IMG/VR virus record: IMGVR_UViG_3300027963_000096
Span: 1 to 54,258 of that record
Source of the DNA: a virus
Lineage: Duplodnaviria; Caudoviricetes
Reading direction: 5' to 3' (one strand)
DNA length: 54,258 nucleotides
Shown: positions 25,839 through 34,810 of the stretch, one piece after another
Layout of the letters: the number at the start of each line of letters is the position of its first letter
Position numbering within the stretch: the first letter of the stretch is position 1
Program-made: the position numbers and the translations under genes
The notes under the pieces: model-generated
Databases searched by the model: none
The model's input: the letters and a program-made list of their open reading frames with translations, nothing else
What the model was told of the DNA's origin: nothing

Positions 25839-27355
25839 TATTGTTTCCCTTTAGCTGCAGCGGCACGCCGAGCTATTTCCGCCTGAATGGCCGCTAAGGT
25901 CGTACCAGTAGCAGCGGGAGCGGCGGAAGTAGCGGCGGGAGTAGCGGCGGTGGTAGGAATCGCTGGCGCCTTTCCTGATGCGGGCTTGGGCGCTGCATCG
26001 GCAGTAGGCGCAGGGGGCTCTGTAGAGTAGTAAAAGGACGGCGTGGCATCAAGCGCCGATTTTGCCGCCATATCGGAAGCCATCTTGCGCGAGTCATTGC
26101 GGAATTTTCGTAGTACAGCGGTGTCCACCAGTTCGTTGTTTGGCACTTTCAGCCGTTTGCGCAGGCTGTGCTCCTCAATATCCCGGTACGCGCTAAGGCC
26201 CAGTTGGTCCAATATGCCAAGGAAGCCCGCTTGAGAGTTTTCCAAACTTGGTGATCTCTGCGCGCTTAGAGCTGTTGCTACGTCGGTGGGATTACGCAGG
26301 CTTCCGCGCATTTGCACTTCCATCGCAAATATGTTTTTAATTAGCTTATCGGCTTTTGCTCGGGCTTCTGGGCTGGCATTCTTTAGTTTTTCCATTGCAG
26401 CGGCATATAGCCCTTCCATCGCCGCATTGGTATTACCACCCGTTGTGTTTAAAAAGGCGCGGGCTTGCGCGAACAAGTCCCCGTTTTTTCCAAGAGAAAA
26501 TAACGGGGCCAGCTCTGGGTCGGCAGCGAGCGTCCTTGTGGGCGCCGCTAAATCTAAAAAGTTATTTGCGTCATCGGCTTTTTGAGACGATTTTTGCCCT
26601 TCTTCCATAACCGTATCAGATCGTTTGCTTTGCGCCTCGGCAAGGGCCCGGGTTTTATCGCCATATCCAAGGTTTTCCCACCCTTCACGGGTGTACCCTT
26701 GCGGAACTAGGGCATTCATTGCTTTTAGATTTGCAGCAGCTTCATCCGCTGTACGGCCAAATTCCATAGAAGGGTTTTTAAGGGTATCCAGTGACAGTGC
26801 CGGGTTATCCAAAAGTGCTTTTTGCACATCTAACCCAAACCCAAGTCCTTCACGACTGGCGCGATCTAATTCCATTTTTGTTTTTACAGCGGACCCAACA
26901 TCCGACTCCGGGCTCATTGCCAGAATACGTTGCAACTCAACCGTGTCGTTTTTGCCCGCTTTGTTGTAGTCTTGCAGGGCTTGGTATTGCGACTTGTTGG
27001 TCTCCAGCCCCAGTCGGCCTTGGGCAGTTTCAGCGCGCATGCGCGCTATTGATGGTGCAATTGCGCGTTGGGCTTCGGTGTTCTCCCCCAGTGCTTGGGC
27101 TGCGGTGCCCAAAGATGCACCAAAACCGCCCAGTTGGGGCTTTAGGAAACCAGCAGCAACCTTGAACCAGTTGGGCTGCGCGTAGCGTTCTTCTAATCTC
27201 TTTGCGAGCAGGTCATTAGCCGCCAAAATATCGGATTGTTGTTTTTCAACATTAGGGTACGTCCCCGCAACAGGATTAAATTTTGAATAATCCAACGGGC
27301 TTTTGATGTTAAACAGCGGGGGCGCTGTTTTTTCAATGTCAGTGATGTCTGCCAT
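25838..27355 (-). CDS. Putative internal virion/ejection protein (505 aa)
   Basis: Helical and Ala-rich; AAGFL.P..GGFG.SLG motif; located between a pilot-like gene and the SLT gene. Confidence 0.6.
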   Translation of the reverse strand: MADITDIEKTAPPLFNIKSPLDYSKFNPVAGTYPNVEKQQSDILAANDLLAKRLEERYAQPNWFKVAAGFLKPQLGGFGASLGTAAQALGENTEAQRAIAPSIARMRAETAQGRLGLETNKSQYQALQDYNKAGKNDTVELQRILAMSPESDVGSAVKTKMELDRASREGLGFGLDVQKALLDNPALSLDTLKNPSMEFGRTADEAAANLKAMNALVPQGYTREGWENLGYGDKTRALAEAQSKRSDTVMEEGQKSSQKADDANNFLDLAAPTRTLAADPELAPLFSLGKNGDLFAQARAFLNTTGGNTNAAMEGLYAAAMEKLKNASPEARAKADKLIKNIFAMEVQMRGSLRNPTDVATALSAQRSPSLENSQAGFLGILDQLGLSAYRDIEEHSLRKRLKVPNNELVDTAVLRKFRNDSRKMASDMAAKSALDATPSFYYSTEPPAPTADAAPKPASGKAPAIPTTAATPAATSAAPAATGTTLAAIQAEIARRAAAAKGKQ

Positions 27356-27365
27356 GATTTATTCC

Positions 27366-28358
27366 TTATGGTCCCATATACGTTTTATACGCGTCCAAGA
27401 AACTGTCCAACGGAGACTTTCCGGTAGCGGCGTCTTTAGTAAACGCACCGGCACCAAGTGCGGCAAGACCACTGATCTGAGACAGCGGCGACATATTTAT
27501 AACGCTGGTGCTTGAGGTGGGCAGCACCACGCCCGAGGTGTTCCCGAGGGTCTTGCCCAGTATGTCCAGCGGGGCGTTCAACCGGTTTGTGGCAATGGTT
27601 TGCTGGGCAGTCCCGGTCTTCAGCAGCGCATCGGTGTCCGCCAGCCCTTGCGCCTGCAACTGTTTGGCCAGCGCGGCCTGAGCCGTACCAGTATCAAGGC
27701 CCAGCTTACCCTGCGCGGTAGTGGCTCTAGTGGCTAGGTCGGCGGCCTGTATTTGGGCTGCGCGCTGGGCTTGAGCCGCCGCCAGTGCCTGAGCGTAGCC
27801 CGACTGCAGCGCCTTGCTCTGTTCCCCGAGCGCGCCGATGTTGGCGTTGGATATGCCCAAGGACAGGGCATTGGCTCCGCGTTGCGATCCAAACTGGCCG
27901 CCGCCCACCGCGCCCGCAGTAAGGCCGGGGGCCAAGTTCTGCTGGATGTTGTTTTGGTTGGCGAGCCTAATCTGGTCCACCACGTTCTGGATGTACGGGT
28001 TCATGTACCCGCCCACCAGATCGGCGGAGCTGCTTGTCCCCGCCGTGAGGTATGGGTTGGCCGCACCGACGATGTCAGTCTTTCCCGCGTTATTTACGGT
28101 GGTGTTTGCCGCTGATAGGCCGGGGATGTAGTTCCCCACGTTGCCCGCCGCGTTGGTAAAGGCTTGGGTCTGCAGCGCGTTGGGGTCATACGCCGTCTTG
28201 GCGGCGGCGGTAAGCTGGCCCGTCGTCGGGTCTACTATGTTGCTCGACGCGGCGGTGTTGGCGTTCAGCGCCTGCGTGGTGTTCGTTAGGTAGGCATTCC
28301 CTAGATCACCCGTGGGGCTGGTCGTGGCTACGTTTGACGACTGGGTAATATCAGGCAT
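27366..28358 (-). CDS. Putative DNA-transfer/pilot ejection protein
   Basis: YMNPYIQNVVD...GGGQFGSQR, Gln/Ala-rich, C-terminal hydrophobic Gly-rich helix. Confidence 0.65.
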   Translation of the reverse strand: MPDITQSSNVATTSPTGDLGNAYLTNTTQALNANTAASSNIVDPTTGQLTAAAKTAYDPNALQTQAFTNAAGNVGNYIPGLSAANTTVNNAGKTDIVGAANPYLTAGTSSSADLVGGYMNPYIQNVVDQIRLANQNNIQQNLAPGLTAGAVGGGQFGSQRGANALSLGISNANIGALGEQSKALQSGYAQALAAAQAQRAAQIQAADLATRATTAQGKLGLDTGTAQAALAKQLQAQGLADTDALLKTGTAQQTIATNRLNAPLDILGKTLGNTSGVVLPTSSTSVINMSPLSQISGLAALGAGAFTKDAATGKSPLDSFLDAYKTYMGP

Positions 28359-30537
28359 ACTTTTTCCCCTTTGAGGACTTCAGGTATTCTAGCGGGGACT
28401 TGGCATCTGGGGGCAACTTGTCAGGAGGTGCCGAGCGGGCGCGTGACCGGATGGCGTGCACCATCCTGTCAAGCTCTTGGGCCCCAGCTTTGTTGGAGCC
28501 GTTGCCCAAGGCCGATACCACATCGGCGCTGAAGACGTACTCGCCGTTGGCCAGCATGGCCGCGATGTCGTCGCTGGTGCCGTCGCCCTTGCCCTCAACG
28601 TACTTTCCACCAAGGCCCGTAAGCCCGCCCGTGCGCAGCAGCGGCGTGCCGTCGTACTGAGGGTGGGAGCGGTCCTGTGGCGTGGCCCGCGACCGGAGCA
28701 GCGACACGAGCTCGGGGATTACATTGTGGCCGCCTTTTGCGAATTCTTTCAGGTAATCACGGTCCATCTGCTGCACAGCGCGCTGCAATGGGCCACCTTT
28801 CCCCACGTCCCCCACCTTCGAGGTTGTCCCCGCAGCCGGGGTATCGTTACCTGATGAAGAATTAGCCGCCAGTAAGGCTTGCGTAAGGTCGGTGACAGAA
28901 CCCCCGCCGGAGAAGTTTGGAGAGGTGCTGTTGTATAGCTGCTGGATGGGGCGTTGCAGCAACGCGCCCGAACCCATTTGGCCAACCCGGCCCAAGGGCG
29001 AATCTATTCCGGAGCCAGAAGAATCGGTTCCATCGCCAGAAGTCTTTTTACCAAACAAGCCCGCGCCTTTATCAAACAAGCTCTTGGCCTTCTGAACGGC
29101 ATCTAGCACATCTAGCGCGGATAGGCCACTGGTAGCAGGAAGAACGCCAGCCGCTGTAGCTAAGGCATCCCCAGTTAAGACGCCATCCACAGCGCCTTGT
29201 GCGCCAGCAGACCCCGGGGACATGCCGGAGGCTACCATCTCGTTGATGGATGTTGCCGCAGGAAGAACGCCTGTAGCCGCAGCTAAATCTGTCCCGGTTA
29301 AAAGGCCGTCCACAGCACCCTGCGCGCCAGCCGACCCCGGGGACATGCCAGAGGCTACCATCTCGTTGACACTTGTATTACCCAACAAGTCAGTAGCAGC
29401 CGTGTCAAAACCGGTTGGAGCAGCTACCCCTGTGCCAACAATAGCATCAGTACCACCCAACAAGTCGGCAGCAGCCGTATCAAAGCCGGTTGGAGCAGCT
29501 ACTCCCGTAAGATCAGCGGCAACACTGGAAAGTCCTCCCGCACCACCGGTGCCCAACAAGTCGGCAGCAGCCGTGTCAAAGCCGGTTGGAGCAGCTACTC
29601 CCGTAAGATCAGCGGCAACACTGGAAAGTCCTCCCGCACCACCGGTGCCCAACAAGTCGGCAGCAGCCGTGTCAAAGCCGGTTGGAGCAGCTACCCCTGT
29701 TAAACCCGAATTAACAGCACCAGTCCCCAGCGCCTCTCCGCCACTCCCAGCAAGAGCATCAAGACCAGTAAGGGCGTCAGCACCAGCACCGGCGTCAACA
29801 AGCGCCCCAGTGCCAGCATCAACAAGCGCCCCAGTGCCAGCATCAACAAGCGCCCCAGTGCCAGCATCAACAAGGGCTCCAGTGCCAGCATCAACAAGCG
29901 CTCCAGCCCCAAGACCCGATAAGTACGCGCCAGCACCTGAACCGGCGCCTGCGGCTGCGCTTGCTCCATACCCGGCAGTACCAATCAACGACTCAAGCGC
30001 GGCAGGCGTAAGTGCTGCAGCACCCGCCCCAGCACCGGCGGCGCCAGCACCCGCAGCGCCAGCACCCGCCGTTCCAGCAGCGCCCGCTTCTAATCCCGGC
30101 AAGCCAGCATATAGCGCAGCTAATACAGCCGCCTCTTTTACCCCGGGGTTTTCAAAAAATTGAGTAGTTGATTTGGCAGGGTCCTTGACAAAATCTGTAA
30201 CGGTGTTGGCGATTGTCCCAAGGGGGTTGCCCAGAAAACTGTCTAGCCAGCCACCACCACCTTTGTTAGGGATTACCCATTGCCCTGTAAATAGTTTCTC
30301 ACCTCCGGCTGACCCCGCTTGACCTCTCGGACCTGCAAACATTGTTGGTTGAAACACGTATCCGGGGCCGGGAGGACCTTGGGCCAGCAGCGCGGCATCA
30401 TTGATCTGTGCTTCTACTTTTGGGTCTACGTAATAATACCCCCCAGAGCCGCCCATCCCCCCACCAGTCCTAGGAACATACACTGCTCCGGGTGTATTTG
30501 CAGTAATCTCTCGAAAGTACGGATTTGGACCGGGCAT
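28351..30537 (-). CDS. Gly/Ala-rich repeat virion protein with C-terminal GDGTSDDI.AML.NGEYV domain (728 aa)
   Basis: AAGGAG RBS before ATG 30537 (MPGPNPYF); tandem repeats; FSGGG, FAKGG and LRTGG motifs precede the conserved C-terminal domain. Confidence 0.7.
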   Translation of the reverse strand: MPGPNPYFREITANTPGAVYVPRTGGGMGGSGGYYYVDPKVEAQINDAALLAQGPPGPGYVFQPTMFAGPRGQAGSAGGEKLFTGQWVIPNKGGGGWLDSFLGNPLGTIANTVTDFVKDPAKSTTQFFENPGVKEAAVLAALYAGLPGLEAGAAGTAGAGAAGAGAAGAGAGAAALTPAALESLIGTAGYGASAAAGAGSGAGAYLSGLGAGALVDAGTGALVDAGTGALVDAGTGALVDAGTGALVDAGAGADALTGLDALAGSGGEALGTGAVNSGLTGVAAPTGFDTAAADLLGTGGAGGLSSVAADLTGVAAPTGFDTAAADLLGTGGAGGLSSVAADLTGVAAPTGFDTAAADLLGGTDAIVGTGVAAPTGFDTAATDLLGNTSVNEMVASGMSPGSAGAQGAVDGLLTGTDLAAATGVLPAATSINEMVASGMSPGSAGAQGAVDGVLTGDALATAAGVLPATSGLSALDVLDAVQKAKSLFDKGAGLFGKKTSGDGTDSSGSGIDSPLGRVGQMGSGALLQRPIQQLYNSTSPNFSGGGSVTDLTQALLAANSSSGNDTPAAGTTSKVGDVGKGGPLQRAVQQMDRDYLKEFAKGGHNVIPELVSLLRSRATPQDRSHPQYDGTPLLRTGGLTGLGGKYVEGKGDGTSDDIAAMLANGEYVFSADVVSALGNGSNKAGAQELDRMVHAIRSRARSAPPDKLPPDAKSPLEYLKSSKGKKYA
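29130..29905. repeat. Coding tandem repeats: 123-bp x2, 96-bp x about 2.5 plus a partial copy, 24-bp x5
   Basis: GCTACCATCTCGTTGA at 29231 and 29354; CAAGTCGGCAGCAGCCGT at 29461, 29557 and 29653; GALVDAG(T) x5 at about 29785-29905. Confidence 0.9.
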
Positions 30538-30539
30538 AT

Positions 30540-30767
30540 CTATCTCCTTAAAGCGTTGTTGAGCGCGAAGGCCCAGTCTTGCCACGTGGCAAAACCTCGG
30601 CTGTCCGGTACGCCCGGAAACCGGCCAATACCCGACAAGCCATCCGCCCAAGTTGTCCACTGGTCTTCCGCAACGGTGCCCAGTTGGTTGGCAGCAAACA
30701 GCTCGGCCATGAGCGCGCACCATGCGTCCCACGCCATGTTCCGAGGATCGTAGACCTGTGCGATCAT
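30540..30767 (-). CDS. Small Trp-rich tail-region protein (75 aa)
   Basis: ATGA overlap; DPR.M.W..W...W..W...P....F.TWQDWA. Confidence 0.7.
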   Translation of the reverse strand: MIAQVYDPRNMAWDAWCALMAELFAANQLGTVAEDQWTTWADGLSGIGRFPGVPDSRGFATWQDWAFALNNALRR

Positions 30768-33700
30768 GGGTTCCCTGTGCTCCGGCTGTCGCCAGTGGTT
30801 ACGGACAAAAGCACGCGGCCTGTCTGATAGGTGCCGCCCGCCATGTTGGACTCAAACCGCAGCCGCATCTCGCGGCGCTGCTCGCGCATGTCGATTTTAA
30901 GCGTGGTCGGGTCAAACGGGTAAGGGTCGGAGTCCACCACGGTGTCGTCGGCATAGCCCTGCCCGGTGATGGTCACCGTCATGGTGCCCGTCTGCACGAA
31001 GTCGGGCTCCACGCGCTCCAACCGGGTCCACAGGTTGTCCCCGGGCTGCTGCTGGGTGCCTACCAGCCCGCCCAAGGTGCCGATGCTGTTGGTCTCAAAA
31101 TAGCTCTGGATCGCGGTGACGTTGGTCAGGTAGATGGAGTCGTAGCCCGTCTCGTGCTGCCATAGCAAGTAGTTGTTGCCCGTGAACGTGACCGTGATTG
31201 TCCCGCTACTGGTGGCGCTGTTGGACATCGTTACGGTAGTACCCACCACATTGGTCACGGTTGTGCTTGCCGGTATGTAAGTGCCGGAGATGGACATCCC
31301 AATGATGATTCGGCTATCCGCTGCGGCAAGCGTCAGCGTGGTGGTGTTGTTTACCGTGGCGTTTACTGCGGTAAAGGTAATGCCAATCGACTCGTTGCCC
31401 GCCCAGAAGGGCTTAGGGAACACCTCCGAGAACACGCCCGCAGAGCGGCGCGCACCCAGCGCTTCACCGGCGTCGTACCACGACTTATTGCGCACGTTGT
31501 AGATGATGGCATCGGTGCACTCGGTGGCGTTGCCTTTGGGGTAGAACCACCATATCTCGCCGTACCGGCTCACCTTGCTGACCCACACCTTCTGGCGCTG
31601 GGCAATGTTGACGTTGTCAAAGAAGTAGTTCTGGTTCAGATCGTTTGGTATCTCTTGCACCACGCCGTTGTACGACAGGAAGCGGTCCACGCCGATCCAG
31701 TAGAAGATGCCGTCGTACTCGATCACGCAGCTTGACGACATGATAGAGGTCTGGCTGCTCACTAGGTCGTAGGTCCAGTAGAAGTTCTGGCCGCCCGCAG
31801 AGGATGGCTGGAAAGACACGCGCACGAGGGCGTCAACGGCCCAGAACAGCCCAGACGGCGACGTGGAGCCGCCCCGGATGGGTAGGCCCTTGACGATCTT
31901 GCCGGTGGCCACGTTGTTTGAGTTGGCGTCTGCGGACACCCAGTTGGCAAAGTCCCCCGCGCTGGAGTTCTGGATCAGGCCGTTGTCGCCATACACAAAC
32001 AGGTACGGGTGGAGCACCACACACCCTCCGGACACCGAGATGTTGTTGTCAAAGGTCAGCGTGACCGGGTTAGACACGGTGAAGGTCAGGTTGGTCGTGG
32101 TGCCGATGGCCGTCACCAGCGCCGTGCCACCCGAGGTGGCCGAAATCTGGAACGTGGTCGTGCCGTTGGTGGCGATGATGTAATAGCTTGGGGTTCCCGG
32201 GAACCCCGTTATCACCGCGCCAGACAGGGTGTAGGACAGGCCCGTGGGCGTCCCCGCCGTGGTGGTGATGGCCGGGCCTCCCAGCGTGGCGGACAGCGTA
32301 AACGTCGTTGAGCCGTCGGTGGTGGTGATGTAGTACGTGGTGGGGTTCAGGTAGCCCGTTATGGAGCCAGTGCCGCCAAAGGCGCCGCTGATCACCACGG
32401 GCTGTCCGTTCTGGAGTAGCGCGGGCGATGCGCTGCAGGAGAACTGGCCCGCCGTGCCCGTTATCGCGACCCCGCTCAACGCGGAGGGCGTGTTCAGCAA
32501 GAACGACAGCCCCGTCACCGGCCCGACCGTGTTGGTGATGGCCCCGCCCCCGCTGGTGGCGGATAGCTGGAAGTACGACGCGCCGTCCGTGGCTATTACG
32601 TAGTACACCTTGGGGCTGGTGTAGCCGGTAATGACCGTGGCTTGGGCGGTCACGGAAAGCCCCGTGGTAGGCCCAATGGTCACCGTGACCCCACTGCCTG
32701 TAGGCGTGGTGGACAACGTGAACGTGGTGCCGCCGTTGGTGGCGATGATGTAGTACGTGGCCGCAGCGACGTTGGATGCCTTGGCCGTGAAGGTCAGGCC
32801 GGTGCTCGGCCCGGCGGTCGTTGTCACCGCAGCCCCGCCAGAGGTAGTCGATAGCTGGAACGTGGACGCGCCGTTGGTGGCGATCACAAAATAGTTTGTG
32901 CCGCTGGAGTACCCCGCTATGGACAGCGCATTCGCGCTAAACGTAAACCCAGTGCCCGCGCCAATGGTGGTCGTCACCGCAGCGCCGCCCGACGTGGCGG
33001 ACAGCGTGAACGTGGAGGACCCGTTGGTGGCGATGATGTAGTAGGGCGTGGAACCGGATATGGTCAAGGCGTTTGCCGCAAAAGTCAGGCCCGTGGTCGC
33101 GCCTACCGTGCTCGTCACCGCCGCGCCTCCGGAAGTGGCCGACAGCGTCAGGGTGTTCACCCCGTTGGTGGCGATGATGTAGTACGTCGCGGCGCTGTAG
33201 CCCGTGGCCGCGCTCAGGGTGTACGTCACACCCGTCGGGGTTCCCGCCACGGTAGTTACCGCCGCGCCGCCCAAGCTGGCCGACAGCGTGAACGTGGTGC
33301 TCCCGTTGGTCGTGATGATGTAGTACGTCTTGGGGTCGGTGTACCCTGTAATGCTGCCCGTACCACCAAAAACACCGCTGATGACAACAGGCTGGCCCAC
33401 GTACAAGGTAACCGGCGAGGCCGCGCACTGGAAGGTGCCAGCCGTGCCGGTGATGACCACGCTGGATAGCGCCGTGGTGCTGGTGGTGCCCGTGGTCGTG
33501 ACGGTCTGGCCAACCTGCAAGACGGTGCTTGAGTTGCTGCACACCAAAGTTCCCGCTGCACCGGTAGAGTACACGTTACTCAACGTGGTGGCCGTGCCCG
33601 ACCCGGTCACCGATACTGTCTGGCCTACCGCAAGGGTATTGATACTTGTGCAAGAGAAAGTTCCGGCCAACCCCGTGGTGTAGACGTTGGTCAGGCTAGT

Positions 33701-34810
33701 CGACGTAGGCGTGCCGCTCACCGTGACTATCTGGCCTATGGCCAAAGGCGTGGTGCTAGTACACGTAAAGTTGGCGGTGGTATCCGTGCCGTAGACGGTG
33801 CCGAGCACGGTATCGGTAGCGGTCCCGCTGACTATTACCTGCTGCCCCACACTGAGCGGAGTGGCCGACGCCGCGCAGGAAAAGCCCCCGGCGGTGCTGA
33901 TGGCGTAGGTGCCGCTCAGGGCGGTGTTGGTCGCGGCACCGCTTATCGTGACCGGGGTACCCACCGAAAGCGCGGCCCCGCTGTAGTTAAAGCGGCCCGA
34001 AGAGTTGGTGGCGTACACGCCACTGAGCGCCGTGGGCGTGGTGGTCCCACTGATGTTGATCGTTTGACCGTTGGCCAGCCCCGTAGTGGCCGTGCAGGAG
34101 AACTGCCCAGCCGTGCCGGTAAGGTTCACGCCTGACAGCGACGCCGTCGTGGTCGCCGTAGCCGCGTTGGACAAGGTGACCGTGTTGCCCAGCACCGACG
34201 ACACCGTGGTAGAGGCGGGGATGCCGGTGCCCGTCACCGCCTGCCCCGCGCCCACGCGGACATTGGCCGCCGTCAGCACCACCGCAGCGCTGCCGTTCGT
34301 GGTGTTGGCGCTGGCGGTAAACACGCCGACTTTGGACAGGGACAGAGAGCCTGAGTTTCCCGGAAACGTCCCATACAGCACCGGAGTGGCCGTGGAAGAC
34401 GTCATGTAGGACAGGTTCTGCCCGGGGTGCGCGACTATGTTGTTGGTGTTGTTGCCCGTGGAGTCGTAGGCGATGTCAAACTGCCACAGATTGTCGACGT
34501 TTGACGTGAAGTTGTTCAGGGTGTACTTGTACGGCCCCGAGCCCACGCCGCCTGTTGGGCTGGTTATCCACTGCTCCAAGCCGCCACTGTAGCCCGACAC
34601 CACGTAGTTGTAGCCGTTAACGGTGCTCATGGCCATGCCACGGGAGATGCCCGAGGCATTCAAAAACACCGCGTCATATCCACCGATCTTACGAGGCCGA
34701 CTGCGCTGAAAACGCACCCACTTGCCGTCGGTATAACAGGGAGCGTCGAATTGCGTTCCGTCCCGCTGTATCCCCGGAGGGATTTCCATGGATATGACTT
34801 TTTGGGTCAT
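30764..34810 (-). CDS. Tail nozzle / DNA-stabilisation protein (P22 gp10-like position) with a large nested beta-repeat insertion
   Basis: N-terminal PPGIQRDGT...WVRF..RPRKIGG; C-terminal propeller-like YWIGVDRFLSYNG...GEIWWFYP...IYN...WY...LWQHETG; 691-aa Thr/Gly-rich insert. Confidence 0.75.
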   Translation of the reverse strand: MTQKVISMEIPPGIQRDGTQFDAPCYTDGKWVRFQRSRPRKIGGYDAVFLNASGISRGMAMSTVNGYNYVVSGYSGGLEQWITSPTGGVGSGPYKYTLNNFTSNVDNLWQFDIAYDSTGNNTNNIVAHPGQNLSYMTSSTATPVLYGTFPGNSGSLSLSKVGVFTASANTTNGSAAVVLTAANVRVGAGQAVTGTGIPASTTVSSVLGNTVTLSNAATATTTASLSGVNLTGTAGQFSCTATTGLANGQTINISGTTTPTALSGVYATNSSGRFNYSGAALSVGTPVTISGAATNTALSGTYAISTAGGFSCAASATPLSVGQQVIVSGTATDTVLGTVYGTDTTANFTCTSTTPLAIGQIVTVSGTPTSTSLTNVYTTGLAGTFSCTSINTLAVGQTVSVTGSGTATTLSNVYSTGAAGTLVCSNSSTVLQVGQTVTTTGTTSTTALSSVVITGTAGTFQCAASPVTLYVGQPVVISGVFGGTGSITGYTDPKTYYIITTNGSTTFTLSASLGGAAVTTVAGTPTGVTYTLSAATGYSAATYYIIATNGVNTLTLSATSGGAAVTSTVGATTGLTFAANALTISGSTPYYIIATNGSSTFTLSATSGGAAVTTTIGAGTGFTFSANALSIAGYSSGTNYFVIATNGASTFQLSTTSGGAAVTTTAGPSTGLTFTAKASNVAAATYYIIATNGGTTFTLSTTPTGSGVTVTIGPTTGLSVTAQATVITGYTSPKVYYVIATDGASYFQLSATSGGGAITNTVGPVTGLSFLLNTPSALSGVAITGTAGQFSCSASPALLQNGQPVVISGAFGGTGSITGYLNPTTYYITTTDGSTTFTLSATLGGPAITTTAGTPTGLSYTLSGAVITGFPGTPSYYIIATNGTTTFQISATSGGTALVTAIGTTTNLTFTVSNPVTLTFDNNISVSGGCVVLHPYLFVYGDNGLIQNSSAGDFANWVSADANSNNVATGKIVKGLPIRGGSTSPSGLFWAVDALVRVSFQPSSAGGQNFYWTYDLVSSQTSIMSSSCVIEYDGIFYWIGVDRFLSYNGVVQEIPNDLNQNYFFDNVNIAQRQKVWVSKVSRYGEIWWFYPKGNATECTDAIIYNVRNKSWYDAGEALGARRSAGVFSEVFPKPFWAGNESIGITFTAVNATVNNTTTLTLAAADSRIIIGMSISGTYIPASTTVTNVVGTTVTMSNSATSSGTITVTFTGNNYLLWQHETGYDSIYLTNVTAIQSYFETNSIGTLGGLVGTQQQPGDNLWTRLERVEPDFVQTGTMTVTITGQGYADDTVVDSDPYPFDPTTLKIDMREQRREMRLRFESNMAGGTYQTGRVLLSVTTGDSRSTGNP

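Noticed and set aside
29380-29905. Possible CRISPR or non-coding repeat array
   Set aside because: Periods are multiples of three within an open frame and there are no spacers.
28351-30732. Calling this ORF a true tape measure protein, or using the 793-aa start
   Set aside because: No tail tube, sheath or tail chaperone genes were recognised. The upstream extension overlaps the 75-aa gene, whereas ATG 30537 has a strong RBS.
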